Below are positions 40,038 through 52,700 of a stretch of DNA of 64,000 nucleotides, one piece after another. Below the pieces are notes generated by a model. That model saw nothing but the letters and a program-made list of their open reading frames with translations, was not told the origin of the DNA and did not search any database. This stretch comes from Callorhinchus milii. Lineage: Eukaryota. The stretch spans positions 6,574,001 through 6,638,000 of the forward strand of contig NW_024704743.1 of the NCBI RefSeq assembly GCF_018977255.1, in the 5' to 3' direction. Made by a program: the position numbers and the translations under genes. Position 1 is the stretch's first letter; every line of letters starts with the position of its first letter.

Positions 40038-40354
40038 AATAATAATAATAATCATCCTTGCATTGATATAGCGGTTTTCATGTCTTCTAGACGTCTCAAA
40101 GCGCTTCACAGAATAAGCTGTAAAGTGAATTGACCGTATATTCGTGGGCGAAACACGGCAGCCAATTGCGCACAGCAGTGTCCCACAAACAGTCATGGAT
40201 TGAAAATGACCAAGTTATTATTGTTTTGTTTTGGAGGGATTATTATTAGACGTGTGGAGTAAGGAAACGTGCCCAAGGTTTCTCCCTGCCTGGAATTGAA
40301 CCCAGGTGTCTCGCTTGCAAGGCGAGTGCTCTAACCACTGAGCTATAGGACTCC
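40038..40354 (-). mobile_element. tRNA-headed SINE, short (internal deletion) subfamily
   Basis: Same junction as the 25048 copy: ggagggattattattagacgtgtggag. Confidence 0.9.
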
Positions 40355-40556
40355 AGAAGAAGAAATAAATGCAAATATATACTCGTTGTATATGTACAGT
40401 TGGGATTTCTAACTCACTAAGTTAAATAATGCATTAGTCAACTATGTTAAAAGTATATAGAATTTCGATGTGGCTGCACAGAGATAAAAGTACAATAAAT
40501 ATCTTATATTACAATCATTCTATTATTTTCCTACAATACGCAGAAAAAGTACTTAC

Positions 40557-40799
40557 GCCATATTTTCAGGATCAACTGCACAAGCTCCCACTGCTCTTGT
40601 GACATTGACAAGCAAAGCTTCATTAGTTCCACTTAGAAGATTGATCAATGGATCCATGCCTCTACAATTTCTGATAGTACTGCGATTAATCGCCACCTGA
40701 GCACATTCTCCCAGTGCTCCCACCACATTGACAAGAACTTCCTCGGGCTGATCAATCAGCAGACTAACCAAAGTTTCTATGGCTTTTAATTCTTGAAAC
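40557..40799 (-). CDS. ODAD2: ODAD2/ARMC4 internal coding exon (243 nt, phase 2-2)
   Basis: ttacag|G TTT CAA...ATG GC|gtaagt; translates as [80 protein letters not shown]. Overlaps track ORF 40553..40771. Confidence 0.97.
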
Positions 40800-40876
40800 C
40801 TGTAAGCAAAAGTGATGAATTTACATAAAAATATTTTATTGGAATATTTGAAAAGTTTAAGCAGTTATATTTATTG

Positions 40877-41410
40877 TAGAATCATAGAATATTATAGCAC
40901 AGAAGGAGGCCATTCAGCCCATCGTGCTCTTTGGAAGAGCTACCCAATCAGTCCCACTCCTCTGCCCTTTCCCCATATCCTTGCAAATTTTTCCTCTTCA
41001 AGAACCTATCCAATTCCCTTTTGAAATTTGTTATTGAATCTATTTTTCCACCAGGCAGTGCATTCCGGACCGTAACAATTCACTGTGTAAACACATTTCT
41101 CCTCATCTCCCCTCTTTTTTTGCCAATTATCTTGAATCTATGTATCCTGGTTACTGACCCACTTGCCAATGGAAACAGTTTCTCCGTATCTACTCTTTCA
41201 AACCCCCTCAAATTTTTTAACATCTCTATTAAATCTCCCCTTGACCTTCTCTGCTCTAAGGAGCTTCTCAGCTAATCCCCGTTTCTCTAGTCTTTCCATA
41301 TAACTGATGTCCCTCATCCCTGGTACCATTCTGGTGAATCTCTTCTGCATCCTCTCCAAGGCCTTGATATGCTTCCTGAAATGTGATGTCCAGAATTAGA
41401 CACAATACTT
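40877..41410 (-). mobile_element. CR1 LINE 3' fragment
   Basis: tagaatcatagaat tail; body collinear with 19244-19790. Confidence 0.9.
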
Positions 41411-43810
41411 TTATACTTACATCAGCAGTGATTGAAGCCAACTCTCAGCTGTCTATATTTAGCTTATTCTATATTAATTACATGAATACATATCTTCACA
41501 TATTGATAAGGATTACAAGATGACTTGCTATTCAAAAAACTTTCCAAAAAACTTTGGTGGCAATCTCCATTGCCCTTCCACTAGGGTCTACCAACAACGA
41601 ACTTAACTAACTATTAACTATTTGGAAATGATATGAAAACCCAGCACAATTGTCATTTGGCTCCTTTGTGGCAAGACACACCGAATTCATCTCATGCAAG
41701 CAAGACAAGAGAGTGGAAAATATTTGCAATTTCAGTGCTCTACAGAGAAATTTGGACCAGAATGACAGCCAAATGATTTAAATATAGATTAAAATAGGCA
41801 ATGTCATATGTTCACATCATGTTAGATTAATCTTGCAGTCAGTACTTCAGAAGTAATTAATTCCCAGTGCATAAGGTCACAATTGTGTTTGGATTATATG
41901 TTTGAGGTTACTTTCAGAGCGCTGACCATTTCAGGCATTAATCAGGCAGTGTTTAAAGGTGCAATATTTGACACTAGTACGAATTGCTTCATTTTAGAAG
42001 ACACCCTAAAAACAAATTTGACTTTAAGATTCTTCATAGCCAAACACAATTTAGACTGATGACGATCAAGCCTATACCGTATTACCTCCACAAATGATAT
42101 CAAGATAAAGTAAGACTTCCATCCTGCCCTTTATAAATAAACAGGCTGTTACTTTCTGTCTTCTATTGCCAAACTTTTCTTTGTTCCTTAAAATGCAAGT
42201 TGATCATATAGTCCTTGGCCAAATTATGCAGAAGGCAGAATTCAGTGAACATCTTGCACATCTGTCAGGTATCTCCCGATCAGTCCAGCCGAAGGCTTGT
42301 TAGATTATATACATAAAGTACTGTTTCCTTTTTGAAGGAACTTAAATCTCCACTTATAAATAGGATATTGTCACCGTCCTATGAACGGAAACATGTTCCT
42401 TTAAGAAATGTATGCCTGGTGCTGTCTGGTATTTCCTCTATGTTGTATATAAGACTTTTTCTTTGTACGTAAGACCTTATGCAAGCCAACATTCTTTGGT
42501 TCTGTTCCTCGCCCCAAGAAAGAGGTGGAATTTGTCAGCCAGCTGCTGAAAAGTTGTAACTAGGTTGTGTGGAAAAGTTGCCTTTAGTTGAACATTAGGA
42601 TCCTATAGCACTATTCAAAAAGAGCAGTGTCCTGGAAAATAATCCCCAGATACAGTTCCCCTATAAAATACACAATCACTAAAATTTTACACTAAAATTC
42701 TGTGAAGCACTTTCAGGTGGCTCAACAATGTAATAAGGTTGTGTACAGGATTATACAAAAATAAGACAATTGAGCAAGAAAGTGTTTCCTGTTTAGCTTA
42801 ATTATATTTTTAAGAGAATTGATGGCACTGAAAGTCACTTTTCTCTTCTGCAAAAGATTATATTATATTTAACATTCATAAAACAAATAAAATCCTACAT
42901 CAGATACAGTAAGCCCAGGAAAAAAATAAGAGAAGAAAAGCAGTTGGTTTGTGATCCTGTTTGATTTTAGTATCTGAAATTTAAGGTAAGAGTTTAAAAT
43001 TGCTTCTTGTGAAATGTAAAAATAATGTAGGAAGCAACATTTCATTTGTCATATGGAAAGTGGTCATTTCATGGAATTTTTACTTGCATAATGGTTTTCT
43101 TTTTAATGAGTTGGAAAGAATGTACAAAATGCAATTTTTCATAATGTACTGGTTCACATGTTGATGTTCAATTAATCAATTGTAATGTAACCACAAGCAT
43201 GTGTACCATTAAAACAGTAACAACCAGACTTTAGTTACAGAAGCCAGATCAATTCCCACTAGACAATTTAATAATCATGGAAAAGCTTGGTTCCAAACAA
43301 TACCACAAAAGTAACACAGTAGTCTGAAAAATACTCAATATGTCAAACAAAAATGTCAAGGTATTACTGACTGGAAAAACATTAATATTTGTCAAGGGTG
43401 AACGAGTTAGAACTACAACCTTAGTGTTATGTTATAATCAAGATAGCTATAAAATACAGATAAAGGGAACACAACAGATTTTATATTCGGTATTAGTAGA
43501 TGCATAGAATGTTAGGGGCCTGCACTAGGGGTTCCCTGACTTTCCATATCTGGACTTTGACATTGGAGGAAAGTGTGTAAATTTGCTGATTTGGGAGCAA
43601 AGCAAACTTGAAGAAGGCGACAGTAAGACTGACAGGTGAATGGCGTGATGTGACAGTAGTTTAAAATTGAAAAGCGCAGTGTGAATGGTGTGTTAAGTGT
43701 GAACGACACTAATGTGTTTAGCAAAATGCTGTAATGAAAAAGCAAGTGACAAATGTTGAGGTCCTCTTCACAAACTGAATGCCTCACAAACTGAATAGAT
43801 CTACTGAATG

Positions 43811-44205
43811 AACAACAACAACAAATTACATTTCCATAGCTCCTTTCACGTTGGGAGGATGACCCAAGACGCTGGACAATAGTCAAGAGTTTGCACTGAA
43901 GCTGGCGGTTGGGATTAGGAGGGTTGACGGGCAAGTGAGGTGGGGGTGGGAGGTGGCCAAAGGCATGGTCAAAGAGGAGGATCTTGAGATGGGCCTTAAA
44001 GGAGACAAGGGAGGGGGTGAGGTGACTCCGGGATGGAGTTCCAGAGGGTGGGGCAGAAAGACTGAAGGTCCGATCCACTGATGGTGAGGTGGGCAGGGTG
44101 TGAGATATGGAGCAGACCAGTGCAGCCAAGTGGAGGCAGTGGGTTGGAAAGGTTTTAGTAGATCGCAGAGTTAGGGAGGAGCAAGACCATGGAGGGACTG
44201 TGAAT
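43811..44205 (-). mobile_element. L2 LINE 3' fragment
   Basis: (caa)n tail; SFKAHLKILLFDHAFGHLP in ORF 43512..44222. Confidence 0.88.
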
Positions 44206-44363
44206 AAATCTCTAAAGTTCAAATAAATATTAATTGCAAGTGGAAATTATTTGGGGAAAATGCTTAATTGGTCAAGGGGTTAAATAGAGATTTCTCTATT
44301 TGGAGATTTCTCCAAGTCCCCAAACTCCACATCCTAAGATTATGGAGGATCCCTGAACTCCAT

Positions 44364-44790
44364 ATGCAAGGATTATTCTCCTTGGAGCAGAGAAGGTTAA
44401 GAGGAGACTTAATAGAAGTTTTCAAAATTATGAGGGGATTCGATAGGGTGAACAAAGAGAAACTATATCCACTGGCGGGTGGTTGGTAACCTGAGGACAC
44501 CAATTTAAAGTAGTTGTTAAAAGAAACAGAGGAAAGGTGAAGAGAAATATTTTCACACACCTAGTTGTTTGGATCTGGAATGCATTGCTTGAAAGAGCGG
44601 TGGAAGCAGATTCGATAACAACTTTTAAGAGAGAAGTAGATAATTATTTGGGGAGGACAAGTTTGCAGGGCTACGGGGAGAGCGCGGGGGAGTGGGATTG
44701 ATTTAGGTAGCTCTTTTCAAAGAGACAGCACAGACACGGTGGGCCGAATGGCCTACTTCTGTGCTGTATAATTTTATCGTTGTATGATTC
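44364..44790 (+). mobile_element. CR1 LINE 3' fragment
   Basis: [35 protein letters not shown] in ORF 44268..44489; 3'UTR gggccgaatggcctacttctgtgctgt. Confidence 0.92.
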
Positions 44791-45530
44791 CGCAGTTTAT
44801 CTGCCCTACATCTGTATTCCAGACATGGAATGGCACAGATAAGAATACAACTTTCCACATAAAGGGAGGGGGAGGCTGACCTTCACATTTGAACAATTGT
44901 GGAGTTGTAAAATCTGTCTTTGTTTGTACTGCTCTTGGACGTCTTTGTGACCTGCAGTGTTTTGCAGGATCTTCCTCAACACCATGGATCCTCCCGAGCC
45001 TACACTAACAATGTGGTGCACACAGTCTGACTACATCAATGGAATGTGAAGTGTACAAACACACATGCCAATTAGCTGCATTCAAATATCTCCAATTAAC
45101 TCAGTGCTACGAAGATCTTTTCTTCTCCAAAAAATTGCCATTCGATTTACACAGTATGAATACACTACCATCTTAAACATACTCCCCAAATAGATGCTAA
45201 GCTCTTGCAGCATTATCATGGATTGTTGACCCAGTTTGGAGAACATTCAATATGACTGGTACATTGTTCCTCTCATTCATCACCAGTATTTTCATCAACA
45301 ATATTTTAAGAATATTATTGATTTAGCAATAGTCCGAATTAAGACGCTACATTAATACGTATGTTCATGTGCGATAGCTGCAATGAACCATATACAGGAT
45401 ATGGGTCCATGAAAAAATAACCGTTGGATCCACAAAAAAATGGTCACTGGCCTCACTTCCAGGTCATCGGGTTGTCATTAAGGCCACTAAAAGCTTCTAG
45501 TACTAACTGGAGGGTTCCTGTGCATTTGCA

Positions 45531-45861
45531 GGAGGCCTGTGTTTAGTGGTTAGAGCACTCTCCGCACAAGCGTGAGTACCTGGGTTTGATTCCTGGGCAA
45601 GTTTCCTTACTTAGCAGTAAGTAGGAACACGGTTGTTAATCAATTGGTGGATCGCTTTTCTGGGAGTAATAATCCCTTCCAAAAAAATAGTAATAATAAT
45701 AATTTGGTCACTCAATCCACGACTGCTTGTGGGACACTGCTGTGCGCAATTGGCTGCTGCATTTTGCCCACAAAACATAGTCAATTTATATTCTGTTTGG
45801 CGCTTTGAGATATCGCGAAGGCGTGATAAGGCACTATATCAAATGCAAGGATTATTATTAT
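45531..45861 (+). mobile_element. tRNA-headed SINE
   Basis: ggaggcctgt...tagtggttagagcactc head, body and (tta)n tail. Confidence 0.88.
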
Positions 45862-46265
45862 GCACAGATCACCACTCTTGGAAGTGCTTCAAGCCGTAGA
45901 ATGCTTGCAAGAATGGTCATGGCTGGCCAGCCAACTTCCTGTAATCTGCACACATGCTTAATAAATTGGTCAGTCCACTCCAGAAGCCAGAAGTGTATAG
46001 GATTTCCAGTAACCACATGTCCAAAGGACACTTGAGTCACTTTCCACCTTGATGCCTTTATAATGGGGTTGTCCAGTGACACATTTTGAAAACATTGATA
46101 CTGTAGAAAGATCAATACATTTTCCCTAAATATTTCTCAATGTTAATTGAACCAATCTAATTCTAAAATAACACACAGGTTAGGTAAGAGGTAATTTTTG
46201 TGGTTTTTGTACACAATAAAATCACATTGGCATCTAAATTTCACTCCGCATCAGTCAATCAGTAC

Positions 46266-46420
46266 CTTTTTACATTTTCCATGCTAATAGAACATTTCCA
46301 CACTGCTCCAGTGGCTGCTGCTAACAACGGCTTATTGTCAGTTTTCCCAAAAAGTTTGACCAGCGGTTCCAGTCCATTTTTTATCCTTACAGTATCACGG
46401 GTTTCTTTATCCACTGCACA
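46266..46420 (-). CDS. ODAD2: ODAD2/ARMC4 internal coding exon (155 nt, phase 0-2)
   Basis: ttcttag|TGT...AAA AG|gtactg; translates as [51 protein letters not shown] plus a split Arg codon. Confidence 0.94.
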
Positions 46421-46454
46421 CTAAGAACATAAACAAAGAAGAACATAAACAGGG

Positions 46455-46620
46455 GTCTTGCCAACTTGCACCCTTGATTAAGTAAGTAGATGTGTCCTTC
46501 CTGGGTGAGAGAGCACATTCTCTTCCAAACACATGGTCATTTTGATGTGTAGATGGCATACATGTGTGCAACTATGTCTAGTTTGGATACTCTTAAGCAG
46601 GATGATGAGTTTCTGCTTTT
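46455..46620 (+). repeat. Degenerate copy of unclassified repeat inside the 281-bp ODAD2 intron
   Basis: cttgccaacttgcaccctt...tccttcctgggtgagagagcacattc...tttggatactcttaagcaggatgatgagtttctg. Confidence 0.6.
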
Positions 46621-46701
46621 GTTGATTTAGTAATTAAGAAATCCTGTTAAGTAATATTGCAAAATTGACTCGAATTGGCACAAGTAATTTTATATTTGTA
46701 C

Positions 46702-46812
46702 CTTGAAAATAGCACGAGCACAATGCATTTGAAGCTCTTCATTTTCACTGGAAAGATTTTTAACCAGGTATTGAATCATTTGCTCTGCTCCAATGGCCTC
46801 TCTGTAGCTTGC
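46702..46812 (-). CDS. ODAD2: ODAD2/ARMC4 internal coding exon (111 nt, phase 0-0)
   Basis: tttttgtag|GCA...AAG|gtacaa; translates as [37 protein letters not shown]. Confidence 0.94.
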
Positions 46813-47671
46813 CTACAAAAACAAATAGGAAACAATTAATAGAAAGGTGTTACACAGTACTGTTATACAATGACTTAAACTTAAACTTTACTGGAATATT
46901 TACATGCCAGGCCTAAAGTTCCCTCACCTGGCTGATGTCATTTTACAATCCCCTTAAATGTAACTACAATAGTAGGATAACAATGAATAGTCTAATTGAC
47001 AACACAAAACTATATCACTCTGTTACACAGATATTAGCTTCACATTAGCATGTTTGGAATAAACTCCCTGAAAAAAAAATGTAGAATTATACAAAGAAGC
47101 ACAGTATTGATAATAGTATAGTGGATTTTATTGGAATATTCATGTCTGATGTTTAATCATAAAATAAAATCCTGAGCCTAAAAGTCAAAGAAAGGGCTTT
47201 TCAGGCCTCAAAAGTTTTTTTTCCACCAGCGAATAAAGTATTAATATTAGTGGCATGTGTCTTATAATGGAATTAATACATTATACATATTTACTGTCAA
47301 ACTCGATAAATTTGATGAACAGCAGAAAACTACTGGGCTTTAACTAATAAATGTTTTATAACTATCACTATGTTTTTACTGGAAACTTTAAAGGAATCTA
47401 TTTGAAGGAGTCTATCACCCACTGAACACAATCACTCAATGCATGTTTAGAATGTAAAATCCTATTATAAAGACAAAATATAAAGTTTGCTAAGCAACTA
47501 GTGTGCCTTAACATTTGATGTGTGAATTTTTAATTACATATTCTGCAAAAAGGTCATTTTGTTTAGATTCTTAGTGCATTTAATAAAAGGTATAAAATCA
47601 AAAACATGTATGTTTATCCAAATTTATCTCAAAGAATATTGTATATTATATTATTGTTTAATTTGTATTAC

Positions 47672-47908
47672 CTCTGATGCACATTCCTGCAAAGTGCCTA
47701 CAACTGGGATAAGCATGTTTTCATGACGTGACTTCAGGAGACATGCCAGCAGAGGAATCCCGCCAGCTTTACGAATAGCCTCCTTATTTCTTTTACTTTT
47801 ACTGCAGCTCCAGAGAGCTAGAGCACCACAACGTGCCACTTCAATGGTTTTGTTCTGTTCTGGGGTTAGATTAGTCGAATGCATTGGAACACAATCCAAA
47901 AGGCCGAC
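47672..47908 (-). CDS. ODAD2: ODAD2/ARMC4 internal coding exon (237 nt, phase 0-0)
   Basis: ttttcag|GTC...GAG|gtaata; translates as [79 protein letters not shown]. Overlaps track ORF 47651..47899. Confidence 0.97.
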
Positions 47909-48647
47909 CTGAAAATGACAATATTTGACAATTTTAAAAACACTTAAAAATTCACATCACAAGATTTACTGCCAACTTAACATACCATACACCTTACCAT
48001 GTATTGTTAAGGTTTAATTTGTCTGTCTTATTCATAAATGGGATGAGGAGTGTTAATTACAACTTTGGTTTCTGAATATCACAATATCAAAGGGTGACTC
48101 TTGTGATATTTGCACATTGCCTAATTGCAATTTCCTAAACTTCTGAGTCCAGAAAATGACCAGAGGGCATTAGACCCCAATATGATACAACCCCATCCAA
48201 CTACAGTATATTGTATCAGAGTAGTAAAGCATGTATTTACAATAGCAGTTCCTTTGAATAGTAACAAAAAGGCAAAATGTATAGAAGAAAATCAGCAGTC
48301 ATTCTTACTGTATCTTCAAAATAAGAGCAACAAATGAGAATAGGAATTGCACCAATTTATTGAAATGATGAGAGCCATGCGAAAAAGACTACCAGTACAG
48401 GTAATGGTAAAATAAATTACAAAAGCTTTCAGAAAGAACTAGACAATTTCGTATGAACTATAATGATTTGGGTTATTATATTTAAAAATAACACATCATA
48501 GGAATTTTAGGTAGGTTAGATGGATGATGATCCCACTCCTGTTGAAAATATTTACTGTTACTAGAACTACCTTGGATATCCTAATTAATATGCCATACTA
48601 TTAACTTGATTAAGAATTGAATAAATATTCTAATAATTTTTACTTAC

Positions 48648-48857
48648 CAGTCGTTTAATGCCATCAAAACGTCTGACAGTTTGCCTTGCTCTTTTGAACT
48701 TGGCTACATTAGCAATTGTTTCTGCTGCCAAACACTGTAGATCTTTATTGGGGGAGTCCAGGATTTTCACCATTGTCTGCAAACCACCCAGATCAGCCAT
48801 GCAACGCTGGATTTGTGGATTTTGACTAATTTCTTTTAGGATTTTTAAAGAACCAAT
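48648..48857 (-). CDS. ODAD2: ODAD2/ARMC4 internal coding exon (210 nt, phase 0-0)
   Basis: cattag|ATT...CTG|gtaagt; translates as [70 protein letters not shown]. Confidence 0.96.
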
Positions 48858-48891
48858 CTAATGTGAAACAGAAAACAACTATTTGCATTTA

Positions 48892-48980
48892 TAGAACCAT
48901 AGAAATTTGCGGCACAGAAGAAAGCCATTCAGCCTATCATACCTGTGCTGGCATCCTCAAGAGCAACCATTTCAGTCCCA
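48892..48980 (-). mobile_element. CR1 3' tail fragment next to a splice acceptor
   Basis: tagaaccatagaaatttgcggcacagaagaaagccattcagcctatcatacctgtgctggc. Confidence 0.75.
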
Positions 48981-49258
48981 TATATAGCAGCCTTCATCCA
49001 GGTTAGTGACTCGGAGCACTGAGAAGTTCATTTTAAAGTTCAGGAACCCCAGAGAACTATAATATTCATTATTTAAACAGATATATTGAGTATTGATATT
49101 GCCAGAATGTCATCCAAATAAAAAAAAATTCCAATGCTGGTTTGCAAAAAGGGTACAGACATTTATGAAGTACTTCATTTGTATTCAAAGAAGAGATTAA
49201 AGGAGCACACAGCAAAATTTATTTCAAAGTCCATTTCCTAAACAATATTTTAAATATA

Positions 49259-49700
49259 TACAGTATATATAAGCCTTAAGCCGGGCTTAAGCCGGGCACA
49301 TTGGGGGTGGCCTTTTTGTCTGATTTAAGCAGCGTCTGAGGTTAACCGAATTTCCTTTTCCTCTTCTCGCCCAGCAGGGAAGCAGTGATGGTGTCTGCTC
49401 CTTCCCACTGCCGTTCCGCTTGGATGGGAAGGAAACCAATTAGCGGAGACTCCGAGGTGATTGACAGCCTGGACCACTCCATTCACAAGTAGCTCCTGCC
49501 AATCACTTGCTATTTGACTCCTCCGATTCCCTCCATTGTTTCTTCACAATTCCTCTCCCCCCCTCACTGGTTAACAGCTTGCAGCCGCTTGTGAATGGCC
49601 GGAGTCTTCTGTCAATCAATCATAGTTTGACTCCTCCCATCTCCATCCTAGAGCCGCTTAAGACACAGAAGTCGCGAGTGAGTAGATTCAGGAGCAACCA
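49259..49700. mobile_element. Putative left part of a TcMar/Tigger-like non-autonomous element split by the L2 insertion
   Basis: Begins ta-cagt...aagccttaagccgg, which resembles the reverse complement of 53278-53302 (ta-gagtggaagccgctttagccgg). Confidence 0.4.
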
Positions 49701-49729
49701 GTGTGGCATTTTGTCTTACAGTTTAACTT

Positions 49730-52700
49730 GTACCAGTGTCTTCCTCTCTCCCATCCTCTGTCTGTCTGTCTCCCCTGTCGTTCCCCTGCAGGCTGTTCAT
49801 TGCTAACCACCATGAGTGCCCTCCCCCCTCTGCACCACCTCTAGCCCCCACAGGCTCCTGCAGGCTGACAATGTCCCACTAATCTGCCACCTCTCGCCCC
49901 AGCGTGCGAATCCTGGCTGCCTCCCCCGACCCGAGCTGGCCCTCCCTCAAAATGCCCCCCTCCCTGCAACTCTCCCGCTCTGTCCTGCTCTCTCTCCGCC
50001 CTCCCCGCCTCCTATTCCTGCTTGACCCCCCCCCCACTGCCTCCCTCTGTTCCAGTCTGGGAATCCTTCGTCTGGCTCATCGTGGCACTTGGTGTTGGCT
50101 GTCCAACACCGACTGCCCCATTCCCGACTACCGCCGCAAGCCACCCCGGACCCAGACCCCGGGGGCTAACTTCTCCTCCCTCATCCACATCCCCACCCTC
50201 CCTGCCAACCAATCCACTACTCCCGCCCATCCCACACATCCCCTGCCAACTGTCCACTTCGCATTGGCCTTCAAAACGTCAGCTCCATCTGCAACAAGAC
50301 CCTGGCCATCAATGAACTCATCCTCAATGAGAACATTGACATTATGGCCCTCACGGAAACCTGGATCACCTCAGGTGACACCTTCCTCCTCACTGAGGCC
50401 ACACCACCAGGCTACGCCTACCACCATGCCCCACGCCCCAACCGCGAAGGGGTGGCCCTCATATCCAGAGCGTCACTTGCCCTAACCCCCTACTCCACCG
50501 GCTCATTCACCTCTTTCGAACACCTTACCCTCTGCCATCCCTCCCACCTCTCTCTAAAAATTCTCCTACTTTACCAACCCCCCAAAATCCTCCCCCACCT
50601 TCATCTCTGACATCTCCATCCTCCTTGCTTCCCTCTGCCTCTGCTCCGACCGCCTCATCATCCTAGGCGACTTCAACCTCCACTTCACCCCCTCCTGCTC
50701 CACCTCCTCAGACTTCTCCTCTCTCCTCCCCTCTCTCAACCTCTTCCACATCCACTCTGCTACCCATGTTCACGGCCACCCGCTCGACCTGGTGATCACC
50801 CGGGGCCTCAGCGTTTCAGATATCCCCATCACTGACAAGGTAATCTCTGACCACCATTTCATTTCCCTCAACTCCCATATCCCTCTCCACACTGCCTCCA
50901 AACCTACCACCATCTTCTACCACCTGTGGAAGAAGATCTCCCCGCAGTCCCTCTCCGCTGCCCTGGATTTCACTGAACTCCTCCCCCTCTGGCCCACCTC
51001 TCACACAAACCCACCAGCTCTGTTTACTCTTCTCCACAGTACCCTTTCCACCACACTCAATGCCCTTGCCCCCCTCACCTCCCGAACTTCCTCCTATTCC
51101 CAATCCTCACCCTGGTTCACCAGCCACCTCCGCTCGTTCAAGGGCCAGGTGTGGGCTGCAGAACTCACTTGGCTCAAATCTGGCCTCACGGTCCACAAGC
51201 ACATCTGGCTGGACCTCATCAAAACCTACCGCTCCGTTCTCGCCTGGGCCAAATCACCTTTCTATTCCAGGTTAACCTGGAAGCGAAGGGCATCCCCAGG
51301 TTCCTGTTCTCCATCACCAACCGGTTCCTCCACCCTCCCCGCCATGCCTTGCAGATTCTTTCCTCAGACTCTCACTGCGAGAAAATCCTGGACTTCCTTG
51401 AGTCCAAAATCGAGGGAATCCACTCAGCTGCCACTGCCCTCCCAACTTCTAACCCCTCCCTACCCCCACCCCACACTCCGACAATTACCCATCCCTCCTT
51501 CCAGACCTTTGAACCTGTCACCTCCTTCTCTGTCTTCTCCACCATATTCTCCATGAAGCCCACCACCTGCTCCCTGGACCCCATCCCCACCCTTCTCCTT
51601 AAATCCCAGCTCCACCTTCATGTCCCACTACTTGCCGACATCATCAACCTCTCCCTGACACTGTTCTATCCCCCCTCAAAACAGTCATTATTACCCCACC
51701 TTGAAGAAATCTTCCTTTGACCCATCACAGCTATCCAGCTACTGGCCCATCTCAAATCTCCCTTTCCTATCCAAGGTCCTTGAGAGAGCCATTGCCTCCC
51801 AGCTTCGCTCTTTCCTTTCCTCCCACTCCCTCTATGAATCCTTCCAATCGGGTTTCTGTGCTGTCCACAGAATGGAAACTGCTCTGGTCAAGGTCACAAA
51901 CAACATCCTGACCATGTGTGACCAGGACTCCTTCTGCCTCCTCGTTCTCCTCAACCTCTCCATTGCCTTTGACATCGTGGACCACTCAATCCTCCTCCAC
52001 CGCCTCTCCTCCCACCTCAATCTTCAAGATTCTGTCCTTGACTGGTTCAGGTCCTACCTTTCACACTGCCTCCAATTCGTCGCAGCAAACGGCTTCTTCT
52101 TCAGCCCCGCACTGTCTCGTGCGGTGTTCCTCAGGGCTCTGTCCTCGGTCCCCTCCTCTTCACCCTCTACATGCTCCCCCTTGGTGACATTATCCGCAGA
52201 CATGGGGTAAATTTCCACATGTTTGCGGATGTCACCCAACTCTACCTCTCTGCCTTCACCCTGAACTCCAGGACTACTGGCGTCCTGCCCGACTGCCTGT
52301 CCGACATCAAGTTCTGGACAAGGGACAACTTCCTCCAACTCAATATCAGCAAGACTGAGGCCCTCCTGATTGGTTCGCGCCAGTGCCTCCGCACCTCAGG
52401 TGCTGGCAGCATCAGCCTCCACGGCTGCACACTCAACCTCACTAAGCCAGTCAGGAACCTGGGTGATTTGTTTGACCCTGAACTATCCTTTCTCCCCACC
52501 ACCTCCGAAACATTGCCAGACTCCGCCACTGCCTCACCCCTCAAGCTGTCGAATCCCTCACCTACGTTTTCATCACATCAAGGCTCGATTACGGGAACTC
52601 CCTCCTCATCGGCCTTCCCAACTCTTCCTTCACAAGTTGCAGATCATCCAAAACTCTGCAGCTCTTGTACTCTCGCACACCAGGCTCCGTGACTCCATCA

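Noticed and set aside
43512..44222. 236-aa ORF
   Set aside because: L2 3' fragment reading through into flanking intron; not a gene.
45865..46085. Possible additional fragment of the unclassified LINE (catcaaggtgg shared with ~55998)
   Set aside because: The match is too short to support by eye.
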